Source: Macrostomum lignano (taxonomy: Eukaryota). From it: a stretch of DNA of 64,000 nucleotides. Positions within the stretch are counted from its first letter, which is position 1. Each line of letters opens with the position of its first letter. The DNA is taken from contig NIVC01002293.1 of the NCBI GenBank assembly GCA_002269645.1, forward strand, positions 124,001 to 188,000. The letters are read 5' to 3'. Made by a program: the position numbers and the translations under genes. Positions 50,187-63,886 of the stretch are shown piece after piece. The notes beneath the pieces were generated by a model. The model searched no databases. It saw nothing but the letters and a program-made list of their open reading frames with translations, and was not told where the DNA came from.

Positions 50187-51499
50187 GTGGATGGATTACT
50201 AGTCTAAAAAGTAAATCCATTAGGTAATGAACTACCAATTCTGGGATATATACAAGGACAAGGTCCCCAATGCCAAATTGTAATGCATAGGCATTTTGGG
50301 AATGGTTTGCAGCATTGATCAGCTTGTTGGCAATGTGGCATGGCATGGACAAGTGCATTGCAACAGCATAGATAGGTATAACACAACAATGGGGATGGCA
50401 TGGCAAGGTAAAGAGGTATAGCTATGGCTTGTCTATTGTAAGCCTGCCAAATAATTCCTCTATTCTAGCATGATGCAGTTAATAAAAGTAGCTTAGTGCA
50501 TTTAAACCAAAATGGCAACTAGATATATTTAATTGAAAAACTAGATATTTAGCTTTTTGGTTTATAATATGGTTAAAAAGCATAATAAAGAAAAACAAAA
50601 AAGATATTTTATAGAAAATCACTTATGGTATAAGATTGTTATATTTATAAGACTTTTAATTGTTAATTTATAGAATTTTTTAGCTTTGTTAAAATTTTAC
50701 TTTTTATTGTCCAACCTTTAACTCTGCAGAATGCTTATATTTATATTTTTATGTATACTATTTTTGTAATAGGATTGCTTCATTTTTATTCTAATTTTTT
50801 TAAAAATTAATTAATTATAATTAATTAATTATAATTAATAAATAAACAATTAACTAAATAGCAATCATTAATAGAAACACATAGGCCCCTATTCACCAAA
50901 ATATCAAAGCCTATAAATATAGAAAATAAATATTTAAAAATGCAACTTGGATAGACAAATAACAAATAAAATAATGATCTAGTTTAAAATAAGCCAACAG
51001 ATTTACCAAAAAAGTTATATGCAACATGCAAATGGCCAAGGACTTTAATATGTATCATGATTATATGCTACATGCTAATGTTAGGATTGTATACTGGTGT
51101 ATTGGAATAAATTTAAAATTTGCTTCCTTAGCTCCTATATGCCAATGCATACCAATGGACTTATATTATTACATACAAAAATATACTAAGAAGAAAATGA
51201 AAAAATGACAAACTATAATTTTATGCTTGTGGTTTTCTAATCTTTACAAAATTAGGTTAATAAAAACTTGTCAATAAAGTATTAAACTGTAAAGAACTAG
51301 TTTATTTAATTTAATTTTTTTCACTTTTATTTCTTAAGATTTATATTATTATATATGTAATTTTTTAATTTATTCTTCTATTCCAACTATGCACATGGAG
51401 ACTATGCTAAATTTAAACTCGTTCATTTTTATATATTAACTATATATGTACATTAGTTGGGACTTAGATGTTGGAATTTGGTCCTATCTACTGTCTTGG

Positions 51500-54400
51500 C
51501 AATATTTGTATGCCAAGCTGTATGTTATACTTTGGAAGGCAATATGTATATCAGGATTTCCCAGTAAACAATAATGGTACTTGCCATTTTCTAATATATA
51601 TCAACATACATACTGATGATCTGATTTGATCTGATCTGATTTTGGTAAAAAAAGCATACAATTTTAGTGTTTATAGTGAAAACATTTTTCTAGTCCCAGG
51701 CCAGTATACAAACAAGGTCCTATACTTCTTTCTCCACTGGACCCAGTATACACAAATACATAATCTAAACTATGGGCTATACTTATATAGAAAAAAGGTA
51801 TGCCAAGCCCTTTTATATACCAAGTTCATATATAGCCCTTTTATATACACTCTGGATCATGTAGTATATGCTCAAAAATTTGGACATGTATTGATTGGCC
51901 TTGCATGCCAAAAATAGGTGTGCACAGTTGGCGTGCATCATTCCTAAGAAAATAATATGTGTTGCGTGCACACTTAGCATGCACTTTATAGAATCACATG
52001 GAGGAGTTATTGTAAAGTTAGAAAAAAGATTTTTAAAGTTTAATTTTAAGTGTAAATTTTAAGCTTTCTGGGTTTTTTTAAGCTTGTAATAAAGCATTTA
52101 AACAACTTTTTGTATGTATCATTTTTTACTAGAAAAAGTATTGCCGAAAAAGCAGAAAAATTAACCAAATTATCTGCTAAAAAGGATTGATTATGCAATT
52201 CAAAAAAGGTCAAAAAAGGTCATTTATTGTTGCAACACTGGCATAGTTTTGAGAATAGACATGCACTCAACTTTTGTTTGGGCATGCACACAGCATGATA
52301 CAGACTATGGCCTATGCCAATGGTATACTTTAGGTCTTTCTCTGTCTATGTACATTAGGATCCATGGCCTTATATATGTTGAATTTTTTTATGGCAAAGG
52401 CCACATTAATAACTTTAGGGCCTAATATGCTGCCATGGAAATGGAAGGGTTCAATATTTGCTTTGTTAAAATTTATAAATGTATAGTGAATTTATAAATT
52501 TATTTATGAAATAGAATAGGCCCCTAACTAATGTAAATAAATACAATAAATATTTAAAAAAAAGCTAAGTATAATAAGGCCTGGAGACCTAGATCTTTTT
52601 AATGTCTGCTTAAACTTTTGTATAGAAGGGCCTTTTGCACAATTATCCACACTCATTTAAGGCCATGTCAGAGGGCACAGCGCGCACTGTGTCTATTTTT
52701 GCGATATAACACTTTCTTTCCTCTGCAACTTCACAGTGGAAAGCTACCAAGGAAGCATATGCCAAGCTCTACAATGCTTTCATTTCTAAAGGGTTCAACT
52801 GCTTAGACAATACGCTGCTTCAGTACGAGCTTTTTGGAAGCAACTTTGTTTTTGACCTATTGTGCCTGCTTGACCTTGTAGAGCCAATCTGTGCTTTGAT
52901 GTCACTTGCCCAAGGTTTGTATTTGCTTGATTGTGTTGCAATTTTTGTTCTTTGTCTACTTAATTGCACTGTGCCTGAGTGTGCCATCTCAATTAGCTCT
53001 TATGTGAAAGCTTGTAACACCGTATTTATAGTAAGATACATATAACTATTGTCTAAAATAGTGGCTAACTCTACTATAGCGTAGTTACTGCTATGTGATC
53101 CAAAAGTGTATGAATTGGGTTTGTGATGAGAAGTATACACTTTATGTGTGCACAACACTTAATCTCACCATGTTAAATAGCATTTACACGTAATGCTAGT
53201 TCACAAACATTGTCCCCTGCACAAGACACCCAGCTACCACACTGGAAAGTGGCTACAATGTGGCAGCAGGTCACGGACTTTCTGCACAATTGCAGTGAGG
53301 TCTTCTGCAAGAAAGATTATCTGTGGTATGCACATGTGGCCAACAGCATCCACCCTGAAGATTCCTTCCATGGCATGCCACTGCTGGAAAGGTGGCTGAT
53401 TGAGACCAGTCACAGGGCAGATGCTGCAAATCACGCTGGCAACTCAGTTGGTCCTGGTTCCACAAGGGACAACCCAGAAGTCAGGGGCAATTGGCGAGGA
53501 TGGCAACAACCGAATCAAACTGTAGTATAATAGGCTCAAGATCAGCAGGTAGCTCAGTTGGCCATTGTACCTCTAAACCTTTATTTGGACCAGGACTTCC
53601 TCAAGAAGTTTGTGATCATAGATTATTTGTGGCTGCACTGCCATTGAGTCAGTATACATGTACCAGGTATCAAGCTAATCAGAAATAGGTGCCCCTAGAC
53701 CCACAGCTTTAATCTGGTGGTAACTGGTAATCAATAACAACACTCTGACTAGCACTGGCCCAGGCCAATTTCACAATGGAATTTTTTATTCACCATACCT
53801 GCTTTGCATATGCACAGGGTCTGATTTTATGACTAAGGTTATGCTTCTATGATCACTTACCAATAGTATGCCTCTATTCAATTTGCCTACTCCCATTCGC
53901 AAATGTGAGGAAATTTACAATTGCTACGATTGTTTGCAATTTCATACCATTATGATTTGTGTCCACAGGACTTGGAGGCCGAGATAGTTGCGCTCACTGT
54001 GGCCTTGCACCGTGCATTCCTTGACCAAATGGGGTGCTGCCTCAATTCCAGTCTTGAGGACTGTGCATCCATGGACGTCGCAATGGCAGTTGCGATGCTG
54101 GCATCTTCCACGTCTCTGGTGGACGTTGAGCATTTCTGTCTTTTGCCTGCTGCTGAGCGGCTGGTCTAGCAGGCATGCAAATTTTTGCACATGCAAGACT
54201 TGGAGCCATTCCTATTGCAGAAGTATGTGGCCAATTTTGTTGATGCAATCAAGCACGCGAGTTTTTCTTCTATTGTATCAGACAAAGCCACAGAACTGGC
54301 CCTTGTCAATTGTATATAAATAGCCTAAAATATGAAAAAATTGGGCATGTTTCAATGTCAATTGACATATTGAAATCCAATAACCAGTTAGAACATTTTT

Positions 54401-55430
54401 CTAGCCAAGGAGTGCCCATTGAGTCATAATGATTTTAATTTTCTTTTTAAATTGTACATTTTTCAGTTGTTGATGTAACTACAACTATTAAATACAATTG
54501 AAGGGCTTGTAAAAAACTAGACTGACTGGACTTTATGATGACTTTAAAATATGTAACTGATGTCTCTCAAAACAGACTTTAAATAACCCCTAGCTAATTG
54601 TAATATGGCATCCAAAATCTCAATCAGGTTCTTTATTCTGGGGAAGGCTGTGACAGCTGGCTTGAACCCCATGTCAAGGGTGCCTTTTGGTGCCTTTATA
54701 TTGTCCCACTGCGACTTCCAACCAACTTCAAGATGCACTTGGCTGTTACAAAAGAAGACAACTCCATTGTCAAGGTTGCACTAAACAAGGAGGCTGTCCT
54801 CAAGTCTTTCTACACCAACACCTCATTGTACTATCGCACTGGGAAATTGGCTTATGCCTTACTTGACTTTGCACTTAATTGCGGTGGTATTGGTGAGAGT
54901 ATTTCTTTGACATGATTGGTGTAGATCCGAGAAGCCCAAATTTAAATTAACAGTACAGCTATATATACAAGTTCAACTATTCAATATAGTAGTAATACAT
55001 ACATGTATATATACATACATTTTAATAAACCAATTACATGTCATGTACATATATTTTTACTGCATGCAAATAAGTGCCACTTAAAAACTTAATTTATTCT
55101 CTCAACAGAAGCTGTTGCCAAATCATTTTACATAATGATGTGCTCACAGCAAAAGTATGGCAGGCAAACCAACGAGGTCCTGCAGCACCATACTAAGCTG
55201 AAGTGGATGCTTGCAGGGTAGCAACACTTGCAAGTGGTTCTTAGATGAGGTGGTGAAGCTTTACTTTAAGGGCGATGTGAAACAAGGCATCTATAAGCAT
55301 TGCATGCTGTACTTTGTCTTTAGCCACGCCACATACTACATTGTTAGCAAAGTGGTAGATTGGCAAAAGGACCTGACATTGCATAGCAACTTTGTTGGCA
55401 CTGCTACAGAACATATTGACAACTAATGCC
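51500..55430 (+). pseudogene. Decayed intron-containing transposase-like gene, probably hAT-superfamily
   Basis: Coding-like blocks with stops (FLSSATSQWK, FVFDLLCLLDLVEPI, LPHWKV, LAYALLDFALNCGG-IEAVAKSFY) are joined by phase-compatible GT-AG introns 52915-53225 and 54893-55108; family call rests on remembered motifs. Confidence 0.55.
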
Positions 55431-55517
55431 ATGCTGACATAAGTGGGAGTAGGAAAACCCATTGAAAATGAGGGCTAATCTTAAAAGTAAATAAACCAAA
55501 AGTATAAATAACTTTTG

Positions 55518-56892
55518 GGCAATCCTGAAGATTCCCGCGTTTAATTATTTTATACATTTTTATGCACATTTCAGCCATGGAATTATGGCAGGGCAACCTC
55601 CAGCACCCCAGACAATCGTGGATCCTCAAGAAGTTAGACCGACTATTGAACTAGCTGAACTTAGCATCAACCATTGTGAATTGATGGCTCTAACTGATGA
55701 GACAGGCATCCAGTGGCTGGCCAAGTATGGGCTACTGCGAAACAGCATGGACTGTGAGCACTGCTCCAATATGCCTGTCATTCCAAAGGCGGGCTGGTCG
55801 AGACTATGTGGATGGTGTCTGCTGGAGCTGCAAGACTTGCCGCCAACATCGGTTGATTTGGTGTGGCTCCTTCTTCCAAGGCAATCACCTGTCACTTGTT
55901 CAGTTGATTGACATGATCTACTTCTGGTCAACGAACAGCCGCCTATCCACTGTGGTTGAAGAGACACAAGCCAGCGAACACTCTGTGATTGATTGGTTCA
56001 ACTACATCCAAGACATCTGTGCCCAGTACCTTATCAACCACCCGACACAGCTTGGTGGGCCTGGAGTGGACGTTGAGATTGATGAGTCCAAATTCATGCA
56101 TCGCAAATACCACCAGGGGCAGTACCGTGAAGGCCACTGGGTGCTGGGCATGGTGGAGAGAGGCACTCTTCGATGCCTTCTCATTCCTGTGCCAGACTGT
56201 TCAGCCAATACCCTGCTGCCAGTGATCAACCAGCATGTGCTTCTGGGGACACAAATCATCACTGATCAGTGGGCAGCCTACAATGAACTGGCGAATCACC
56301 TGACAGTGAACCATTCACTGCATTTCCGTGACCCAAATAACCTAGACACTTACACAAATACGGTTGAGGGCATGTGGGCCCACTGCAAGGCCAAATTCCG
56401 GGCATACATGTGCAACTGCTGGCCGACCTGGCTGATCTGGCCACCGTAAATTGTGGTAGACCAGGGGTAAGTCGCAAAAATGCCACCTTAAGGAATACGG
56501 ACGTAGTACTAATTAGATGCTGAGGCATTTAGGCCTGATAAGACAGTCATAGTTACTCCTGCCGTTTACCCAAAACTGCAATAATTTTGTTTTAGGGTTT
56601 CTTTCGCAGGTAAGTCGCATTTTTGGTCAATAAGTAAGTCGCATGGCCAGTGTAAATCAGAGGGGTTGCGCATGTATGATTCCGGGCCATGCATGGGACT
56701 TTGGATGCCCTTTTCAGCACATACCTGCAAGAGTTCATGTGGCACCGGGCCTTCCCAGACCATTAGTTTGGTAATATCCTATACTAGATTGGACACTATT
56801 ACCCGTGCCAGTAGTGTAACACTGACAGACTTTTTTTATTGGATTGCTTTAATTCCGTAAAATAATTAAATGTGGGAATCTTCAGGATTGCC
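55518..56892 (+). mobile_element. Merlin (IS1016/ISXO2-like, IS1595 family) DNA transposon, both ends present, inactivated
   Basis: 33-bp TIRs GGCAATCCTGAAGATTCCC..TTTAATTATTT; exact 8-bp TSD AACTTTTG at 55510-55517 and 56893-56900; GGPGVDVEIDESKF, WVLGMVER, IITDQW..Y, VNHS..F.DP, TNTVEGMW, YLQEFMW. Confidence 0.93.
56403..56678. mobile_element. 276-bp MITE inserted into the Merlin transposase
   Basis: TIRs CATACATGTGCAAC / GTTGCGCATGTATG; exact TSD ATTCCGGG at 56395-56402 and 56679-56686; removing it restores KFRAMHG. Confidence 0.9.
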
Positions 56893-59470
56893 AACTTTTG
56901 GTTAATTAATTTACCACAGCTTAGCTTACAAAATATTGAGTTTACATTAATTAACCACCATTAAAAATTAACCTTGGAATAGGCCTATTAAACCTTGTTT
57001 CAATGGACAATGGGAAAGTTTTACAGGTGTAAAATACAGGAAGCAAATTTCATTCTGGCATATGCCTGTACATGATGCTGACACTGGAATATCTAGAACT
57101 TATTAGACTTAAGTTAAGACAATTTAAGTTTAGGCTAGGCCTATGCCTTATTTAGGGCCTAGTCAGTTTCAAAATGATAAATATAGCAAGTGCTTTAATA
57201 ATCTGACTAAACTTGGCTTATGACTAGGTTTAACAAAAAAAGATTTATCACTTTTATTTTTAATTTACTTATGCACCTTGTCTTTAGTTAGATTCAACAT
57301 TAAAAACATTAAAAAACTCAAAATCAAACATTGAACTTTATGTTAATTTGCATTACATTAATTCCTGCTTTCAATATGCCTATTTAACCTAAAATTAATA
57401 TGACAATAATCTTAGATAAATAGGCCTACTTTTTTACTTTTAAAATAGGTTTTATTGAAACTGTATACAGCAATACAGGCTATAGCATAGGCATAGCTGT
57501 TTTAGGAACAGATATTACCATTTGTGCAATACGTGCAAAAACTAGTGACTTAACTTATATAAAAGTTAAGCATATAGTTTGGCATATATGCTACTGTTCA
57601 GTTGGAGTTAGAGTTTGACTATGGACTTCATTTAAAGCTCGAAAAAAGGAAAAAATTAACTCTGTTTTTAGAGATCGCGCTCTAATCCTAGAGTTAATTA
57701 CATTTTGAAATTAGCGTGTCATCTGTTTATAATTTGGCAATTTTTTAAGTTTTTAAAATTTTATTTAAAATTAAAAAGGATACTGAAAGCAACGTTTAAT
57801 CGCTTAAAGTTTAAATCATTAAATCAATCATAGTTACTTGTTAAGACTAACAATCGTGAAACAAAAAAATGCCGTCCATTTTTGTTTTGGAATTTAACAA
57901 ATGGAATCGTTCAGGGGTGCTACACAACACAAAATTGCACAATCCGTAAATTTCACAACCTCTAGATAATACAATCGCTAAATTTTATCGCCCCAATTTG
58001 TCGCAAACTTTCACAATCCTCTATTTTCACAACCCCGTAATTTTGCAAATCAATAATTTTACAATCACAATTTTTTGTATTTAGGAATTTTCTAGCACAA
58101 TTATTTTTGAATTAGTATATTTAAGCAGTACTTTTGCTTGCTTTATCTGCTTGTGTTGTATGGTCCATAATAACCTAACCGAGCACAACTACGACCACAT
58201 GTAGTTGCTACGAGATAAAGTTATATAGGTTGCATGTTGTGAAATTATAGGGGTTTGTGAAATTTGCTGCATGGACGGATTATAGTGGATACGAAATTTC
58301 GGTTAACTCCATTTTATCGAAAGTAAAAAAAATTCAAAAAAACGTTTTTAGGCCTTGTAAATATAATGAAATTTAGGGATTAATTATGAAAATTAAAGAA
58401 TTTCACATCCAGTGCTTTATACAGTCATGGTTATATGATCTTATGATTATGGCATAGGCGCGGTTTTTGTAACTTTAGGGGTCATAAAATAATTGCTTAC
58501 AGGCGTGTCTCACAGTTACCTGCGCGCCTCGACACTCAGCGTTGAAGCTGCATGACACCAGATGGTCTGAAGGGATGCGGGCGGTTAGCTTTTTTCTCAT
58601 CATTTTTAACAACCAGCTATCAGGTCATAGGTCTACAGTATAATTGTTCTCGTTTTCTCAGAAGTTTGACAGCTCTGACAGCTATGCATTTTACCCCTAA
58701 TAGTACTTTGGGATTAGCGATTATCCATTTCTCTTCATCATCTTCACTTTCTATTTAATACAACCTTTCGTGCATATTTATTATTGGCTTAAGTGATTTC
58801 TACGCGAAAACCTATATAAATGATCAAGTGTAGCCAATTTTTGAGTGATTTATGCGAACACGTGGCGTATTTTTATATCCTCGAGGGAACTGCATGATAG
58901 GATCTTTTGATCACGCGTCGAGTCTGCAGGTCTGCAGTCTCCATGCCAATCAGAAATATCGACTTCAATTCTAACAAAATTGGCTCCACCAATCAGCGGA
59001 TTGCCCGGTCTCCGCGGCTGCTCGGATTCTGATTGGTTTGGTGAGAGGCTACCTAGCTAGACTTGCTTGATCGGGTGATCCCGTATCTCTGTCCCCCATT
59101 TCAGTAAGCTGGATTAGGTGCACACTTTTGCTCATTTTGCTTAGCAGTGCTGTTATTGAGGCAGAAATCGTTCAATAATACTGTTAGTAGTCTGATTACT
59201 CCAATTCAATATGAGTTTTTTTTAGTGAGCAGGTTAACTGGCAGTTATTTCTATCGGTTTTATTTTTTGTAGTGCAGAATCGGCGCTAGAGAGGTACTTA
59301 CTATACACTCTGGATTCGCCAAGCGGCTCGGTTAGTGAACCATGCGATCTCTAAAGTTCGAGTTAGTCTATCATCAGCGCTACGAGAGGCTGGTTGGCGC
59401 GTTGAAGTCTAGAAGAGTACACAATCATCTTATTTAGCAATGTAATAGTACATGTAGCTTACCCCATAGT

Positions 59471-59906
59471 CTCGCCACTGCAAGAATCCCCTGCACAAGT
59501 CCCCTCTGTCCCTGCATGGCCAATGCGATCAAGTCCCAGCAGTGTCCCTTATCATCGGCGATGACTTCGAGATTGACAGCAAAAAGACACTATTTGGCAG
59601 GCAAGTGCTAAGCCCCTTCTAGTCGGAAGCCCGGTTTCGAAAGTCCTGGTTTGGTGAGCCGGTGCGCACGGGCTGGTGGCGGCGGGTTAGTTAATCTGCG
59701 GATTAGCTGATCTCTACCTTCAAAATTCTCCCTGCTCGTCTCTCACTGTCCCTCTCTTAGCTATAGGACCTAGGCTGCTCGCCCACGGATCAAGCTACCA
59801 TGGGGCTGACCATCTGACAGGAGTGGGGGGCCAGGACTCTAATTGATTTATTTCTGAGACCTGAGACCATGAAGCTTTAAAATGCTGAAAAGGCCGAAAC
59901 CCATCA
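59471..59906 (+). repeat. Dispersed ~430-bp repeat, copy B
   Basis: Colinear with 1117-1545. Confidence 0.85.
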
Positions 59907-61117
59907 CTTGTAAGAAAGACCCATAGATTACGACTCGTATATTTGCTTTAACTTAAAAGAAAAGGATCGCCTGTGAAACATATGAAGTTTTTTAGAACAT
60001 TTTACAGAAACGAATGTAGGCTTTAAATTTTTCTAAAATTTTAACAGAATTAGCTGTCAAATTCCTCAAGAAAAATTATGAAATGATATCGCCATAAACA
60101 TATTATGCTAGCGGTTAATTATATAATGCATTAAAATTTCCTCGGAACATGCGCAAAAAATCATGAACTGTGTGTTCTGTGTTGAATAAATTCACACAGG
60201 CCTCTGCGTTTCAAACTATGCGAGTTTAGATCAATCACGGAAAAATAGAGCCATATGGAAAAAGGACGACTTGGTGATAAAGCTTTTTTCCGTCAGTTTT
60301 CAATTCAAAGATAATCCACTCACTCTGAAGCTTTTGCTGCCAGACAGAGAAGCAATTTCAAGAAATTTTTTCAAAGAGGCAATTTATTTTGCTTCAAAAA
60401 TTTCTATCAAGATTCCAAAGTAAACAGCATTTCATCATTTTCAAGAAATAAGTCGGTGTAATAATATATTTCATACTGGCTTGTGAATCAGCGTTTGACA
60501 AAAAAAAGGTAAGCAGAAAACCTTCGCAACAGAATCAAATAAATTATTCGAGTGTAGTTATCAGGATTTTTCTGATTTTGCGCTTTTGAAGTCCACACAA
60601 TATGGTTGCACTGAGATCATTAGCTAAGTGTAATGCACGGCACGAACGAGGATGTAAATGTTAAATGGTAATTTTCTCTGGACGTTTAAATTCTAGAGAA
60701 GCATATAATAGTACGTTATCACGTGATACGCGCATTTTCAACCCAAAACTGGATTATTGATTGTGGGTCACTATGCTGTTCAATAGGAGGGGTGCATGTA
60801 GTCTGTGTCAATTAGGCTCAAAGGGGTCGGACACTTACACTGTATATGACTGTTGGCTGCAGCAATGGCCAACTTTAACCAACCAATTTTAAGCCCACTT
60901 CAGTCAAAACTTCAGTGTTGAACACAGATACTATATAATATAGTATCTGTGGTGTTGAAGAAGGTAGCGTAGCTGCAAGTGAGGACTACGGAGTACAACA
61001 GTCAGTCATATGACTATAGGATGGACCCGTGTTAACCCGCTTTGTCTATTTACCTACTAAAAAATTGTATCAGTGATCAAAAGAATGGAATAAAACTCAG
61101 TTAAAATTGTATTATAG

Positions 61118-61775
61118 TTAATCCTGCTCCTTGTCCATCATCTGCGACACTTCTTGGCCGCCATCTGCATCCAGCTCGATGGCCAGCCTAATGCCGCGCA
61201 TCTTTCTAATGGTTTGTCTGGCGTGCTCCGTGCTGCTGCGGGCGCCATACAGACAGTAGATGGCCATGCCGATTGTCATCCACACCAGGAACCGAACCCA
61301 CGTGCCGCTTGGCAGGGCCATCATCAGGTAGACGTTGATGAAAACGGATAGGCAGGGCACGAAAGGCACCGCCGGCACCCGGAATGCGACAGGCTTAGCG
61401 TTCTCTGGCTGTCGGTAGAGGCTGAACAGGAGACCGAAGCAGGCGGCGAAGGCGGCCAGCGTTGGCAGCAGCACGCCCGGCTGGTGCATCCGATCCGGGT
61501 AGTTCTCAGTTAGAAAGGCCAGCAGAGTGGCGGCGGCCAGGAACAGAAAAGTGTTGCGCCGGTTGACACTTTCGGAGAAGCGAGTCGGAGCGGTCGACTC
61601 CGGCCGGAAGGACAGGCGCAGGTACTCGCGCCACGTCATGCGACGGTGCTGACGAAAGTGCGTGGACAGGTCGGCCAGGCCGCCGCTGTGGGGATCGCAG
61701 ACCAGCACGGCATCGGCTGAGTCGCTATCGCTTGAACCTCGCTCTTGCTGTCGCTCTTGCTTCTCAGGTTTTAGC
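61118..61775 (-). CDS. SLC7A1: Cationic amino acid transporter (SLC7A1-4/CAT), exon 2 of 2
   Basis: FRVPAVPFVPCLSVFINVYLMMALPSGTWVRFLVWMTIGMAIYCLYG is the CAT C-terminal motif; TGCAG acceptor at 61776, phase 2. Confidence 0.92.
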
Positions 61776-62188
61776 CTGCATGGCAATGGTCGAGTAACGA
61801 TTGACTTTACACAGTTGGTTTTTAGCTATCGTAATCAGTTGTATAAGCTGTCGCGATTTAATCGGGCGATAGATACAATTAATATTCCCAGTTCGAAGAC
61901 TTAACGTTAAGCTTGGCTGGGATAGCGGATTCATTTCCATAGATGCGTACGCGCAGGCATACACGCTCACACAGGATGTGCAGCAACCCAGACAAATCTT
62001 ACCAATCAGGCATGTCAGGACGATGCGAGAGACAAGAACTATTTTGGAGACTGCTTGACAACAACAAGTCGTCCTTTTGGAACGAGGACACAAGAAAGCA
62101 CTGGGGTAATTTAAGCGCTTGAGCGGCCGCGTACGGTATAGAACCCGGATACTTTGAAGCCGGACGCAACTCTGCCCCCTTTTTCTAC

Positions 62189-63606
62189 CTGTCAGCTGGT
62201 AGCCGCTGCTGCTGACGATGCGTCACAACCCGGATGTCAACTGAGCCCGGCGGCTCCTCAGCATCCGGGTGCCGAAGATCGTCCCGATTGCCGCGCAGAA
62301 TGAGCACGGAAATGGCCACCAGGGTGTAGGCCAGCAGAGTGCCAATGGACATCATATCCACCAGCTCTTTCAGCTCGAACAGGCACGCCATGACAGCGGA
62401 CAGGAGGCCCGTGATCAGCGTGGCCACCAGCGGAGTGGACAGGCGCCGGTTGACGCTCGCCAGGAAGCGAAACAGCAGCCCGTCGGAGGCCATGGCGTAG
62501 ACGATCCTCGGCAGAGGGAACATGGCGCCCAGCAGGCTGGTGGACAGGGCACAGACGGCGCCCACGGCGATGATATAGTTGGCAACTCGCCAGCCCTGCG
62601 CAGCGAACGCGGCCGGCAGAGGCGCCAGCGGATCCAGAGCGAAGTAGGGCTGGATGAGAGTGAGCACGGTGCTCAAAGAAAAATAGGCAGCAAAGCAGAT
62701 CGCCAGGCTGACTATTATGCTCACCGGGATGGCCTTCTGTGGGTTCTTGGCCTCCTCGCCCGTCGTAGCGATGGCGTCAAAGCCCACGAAGGCGTAGAAG
62801 CAGGTGCCGGCTCCCGAGACGATGCTGCGCAGACCAAACGGCATGAAGCCACCGGCGCCGATGCGCGAGGCCGCGTAGGTGGCGTTGCCGAATTCGACAG
62901 TGCCGTTCGGGCCGGGCCTGATGCGCCAGTTGGCCCCGTCAGCCAGCCAGCTGCCAGCGATCACCACCGTGGCCAGGACCATCAGATTGACCAGGGTGAA
63001 CGCTTTTGTCACCCAGGCGGACTCTTTGACGCCGAACGCGATCACCAGAGTCAGCAGGAGGACAATGCCGAATGCGAAGAAGTCCGGATACTTGGCGATG
63101 CCTGGCACGGACATTGTCAGGTACTGACGGAAGATGTTTATCACCCGGCCGCCGAGCAGGCTGTCGAAGTTCTGCGACCAGGCCCTGGCCACGCTGGCTG
63201 TGCCGATGGCGTACTCGAGAATCAGATTCCAGCCGATTACGAAGGCCATCAGCTCGCCGACAGTAACGTAGCTGTAGACGTAGGCGGAGCCGGACTTCGG
63301 CACCCTGGCGCCGAACTCGGCATAGCACAGGCCGGCGAGCACCGAGGCCGCTGCAGCGATGAAGAAGGACACGATGACGGCTGGTCCGGTAGTCTTTTGG
63401 GCTACCTCGCCCGCAATGACGTAGACCCCAGCGCCGAGGGTCGAACCAACGCCCAGAGCGACAAGGTCAAGCGTCCCCAGACAGCGGGACAGCTTCGTGT
63501 CGGCGAGATGCGCCTCGTCGACTGTCTTCTTGCGGGTGACGATGCTCAGCAGTAGGGTGGCATAGTAGCTCAAACTGCCGCCGAGGGAAAAAGCAGCAGG
63601 GGACAT
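62189..63606 (-). CDS. SLC7A1: Cationic amino acid transporter (SLC7A1-4/CAT), exon 1; spliced product 691 aa
   Basis: [88 protein letters not shown]; AG|GTAG donor at 62188; family-level symbol only. Confidence 0.95.
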
Positions 63607-63812
63607 TGCTAGCTGGCTGTCGGTTTACTGCAAAGTAAAGTCAGGAAATATTCCGCTTTTCCTTGGGGAGCAACGGTTCGCTAATCTCGCTATTCTTATT
63701 TGCCGTACGTATTCAAATATCCGTCTTTACGAGCGTAAAGGCGGGAAGCGAATCGGGGGTGAGAAGAGAGCGGATAGCAGCTACCAGGTTTGTCTGAGCG
63801 ATATTTAGTCAA

Positions 63813-63885
63813 GCCGCGATAGCTCAGTAGGGAGAGCGTTAGACTGAAGATCTAAAGGTCCCTGGTTCGATCCCGGGTCGCGGCA
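63813..63885 (+). tRNA. trnF-GAA: tRNA-Phe (GAA)
   Basis: 73 nt; acceptor stem GCCGCGA/TCGCGGC, anticodon loop CTGAAGA, T-loop GGTTCGATCC. Confidence 0.97.
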
Positions 63886-63886
63886 A

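Noticed and set aside
59880-59906. CTGAAAAGGCCGAAAC as a hammerhead ribozyme core
   Set aside because: It lacks the invariant G of CUGANGA, has no proper stem II loop, and is not conserved in copy A.
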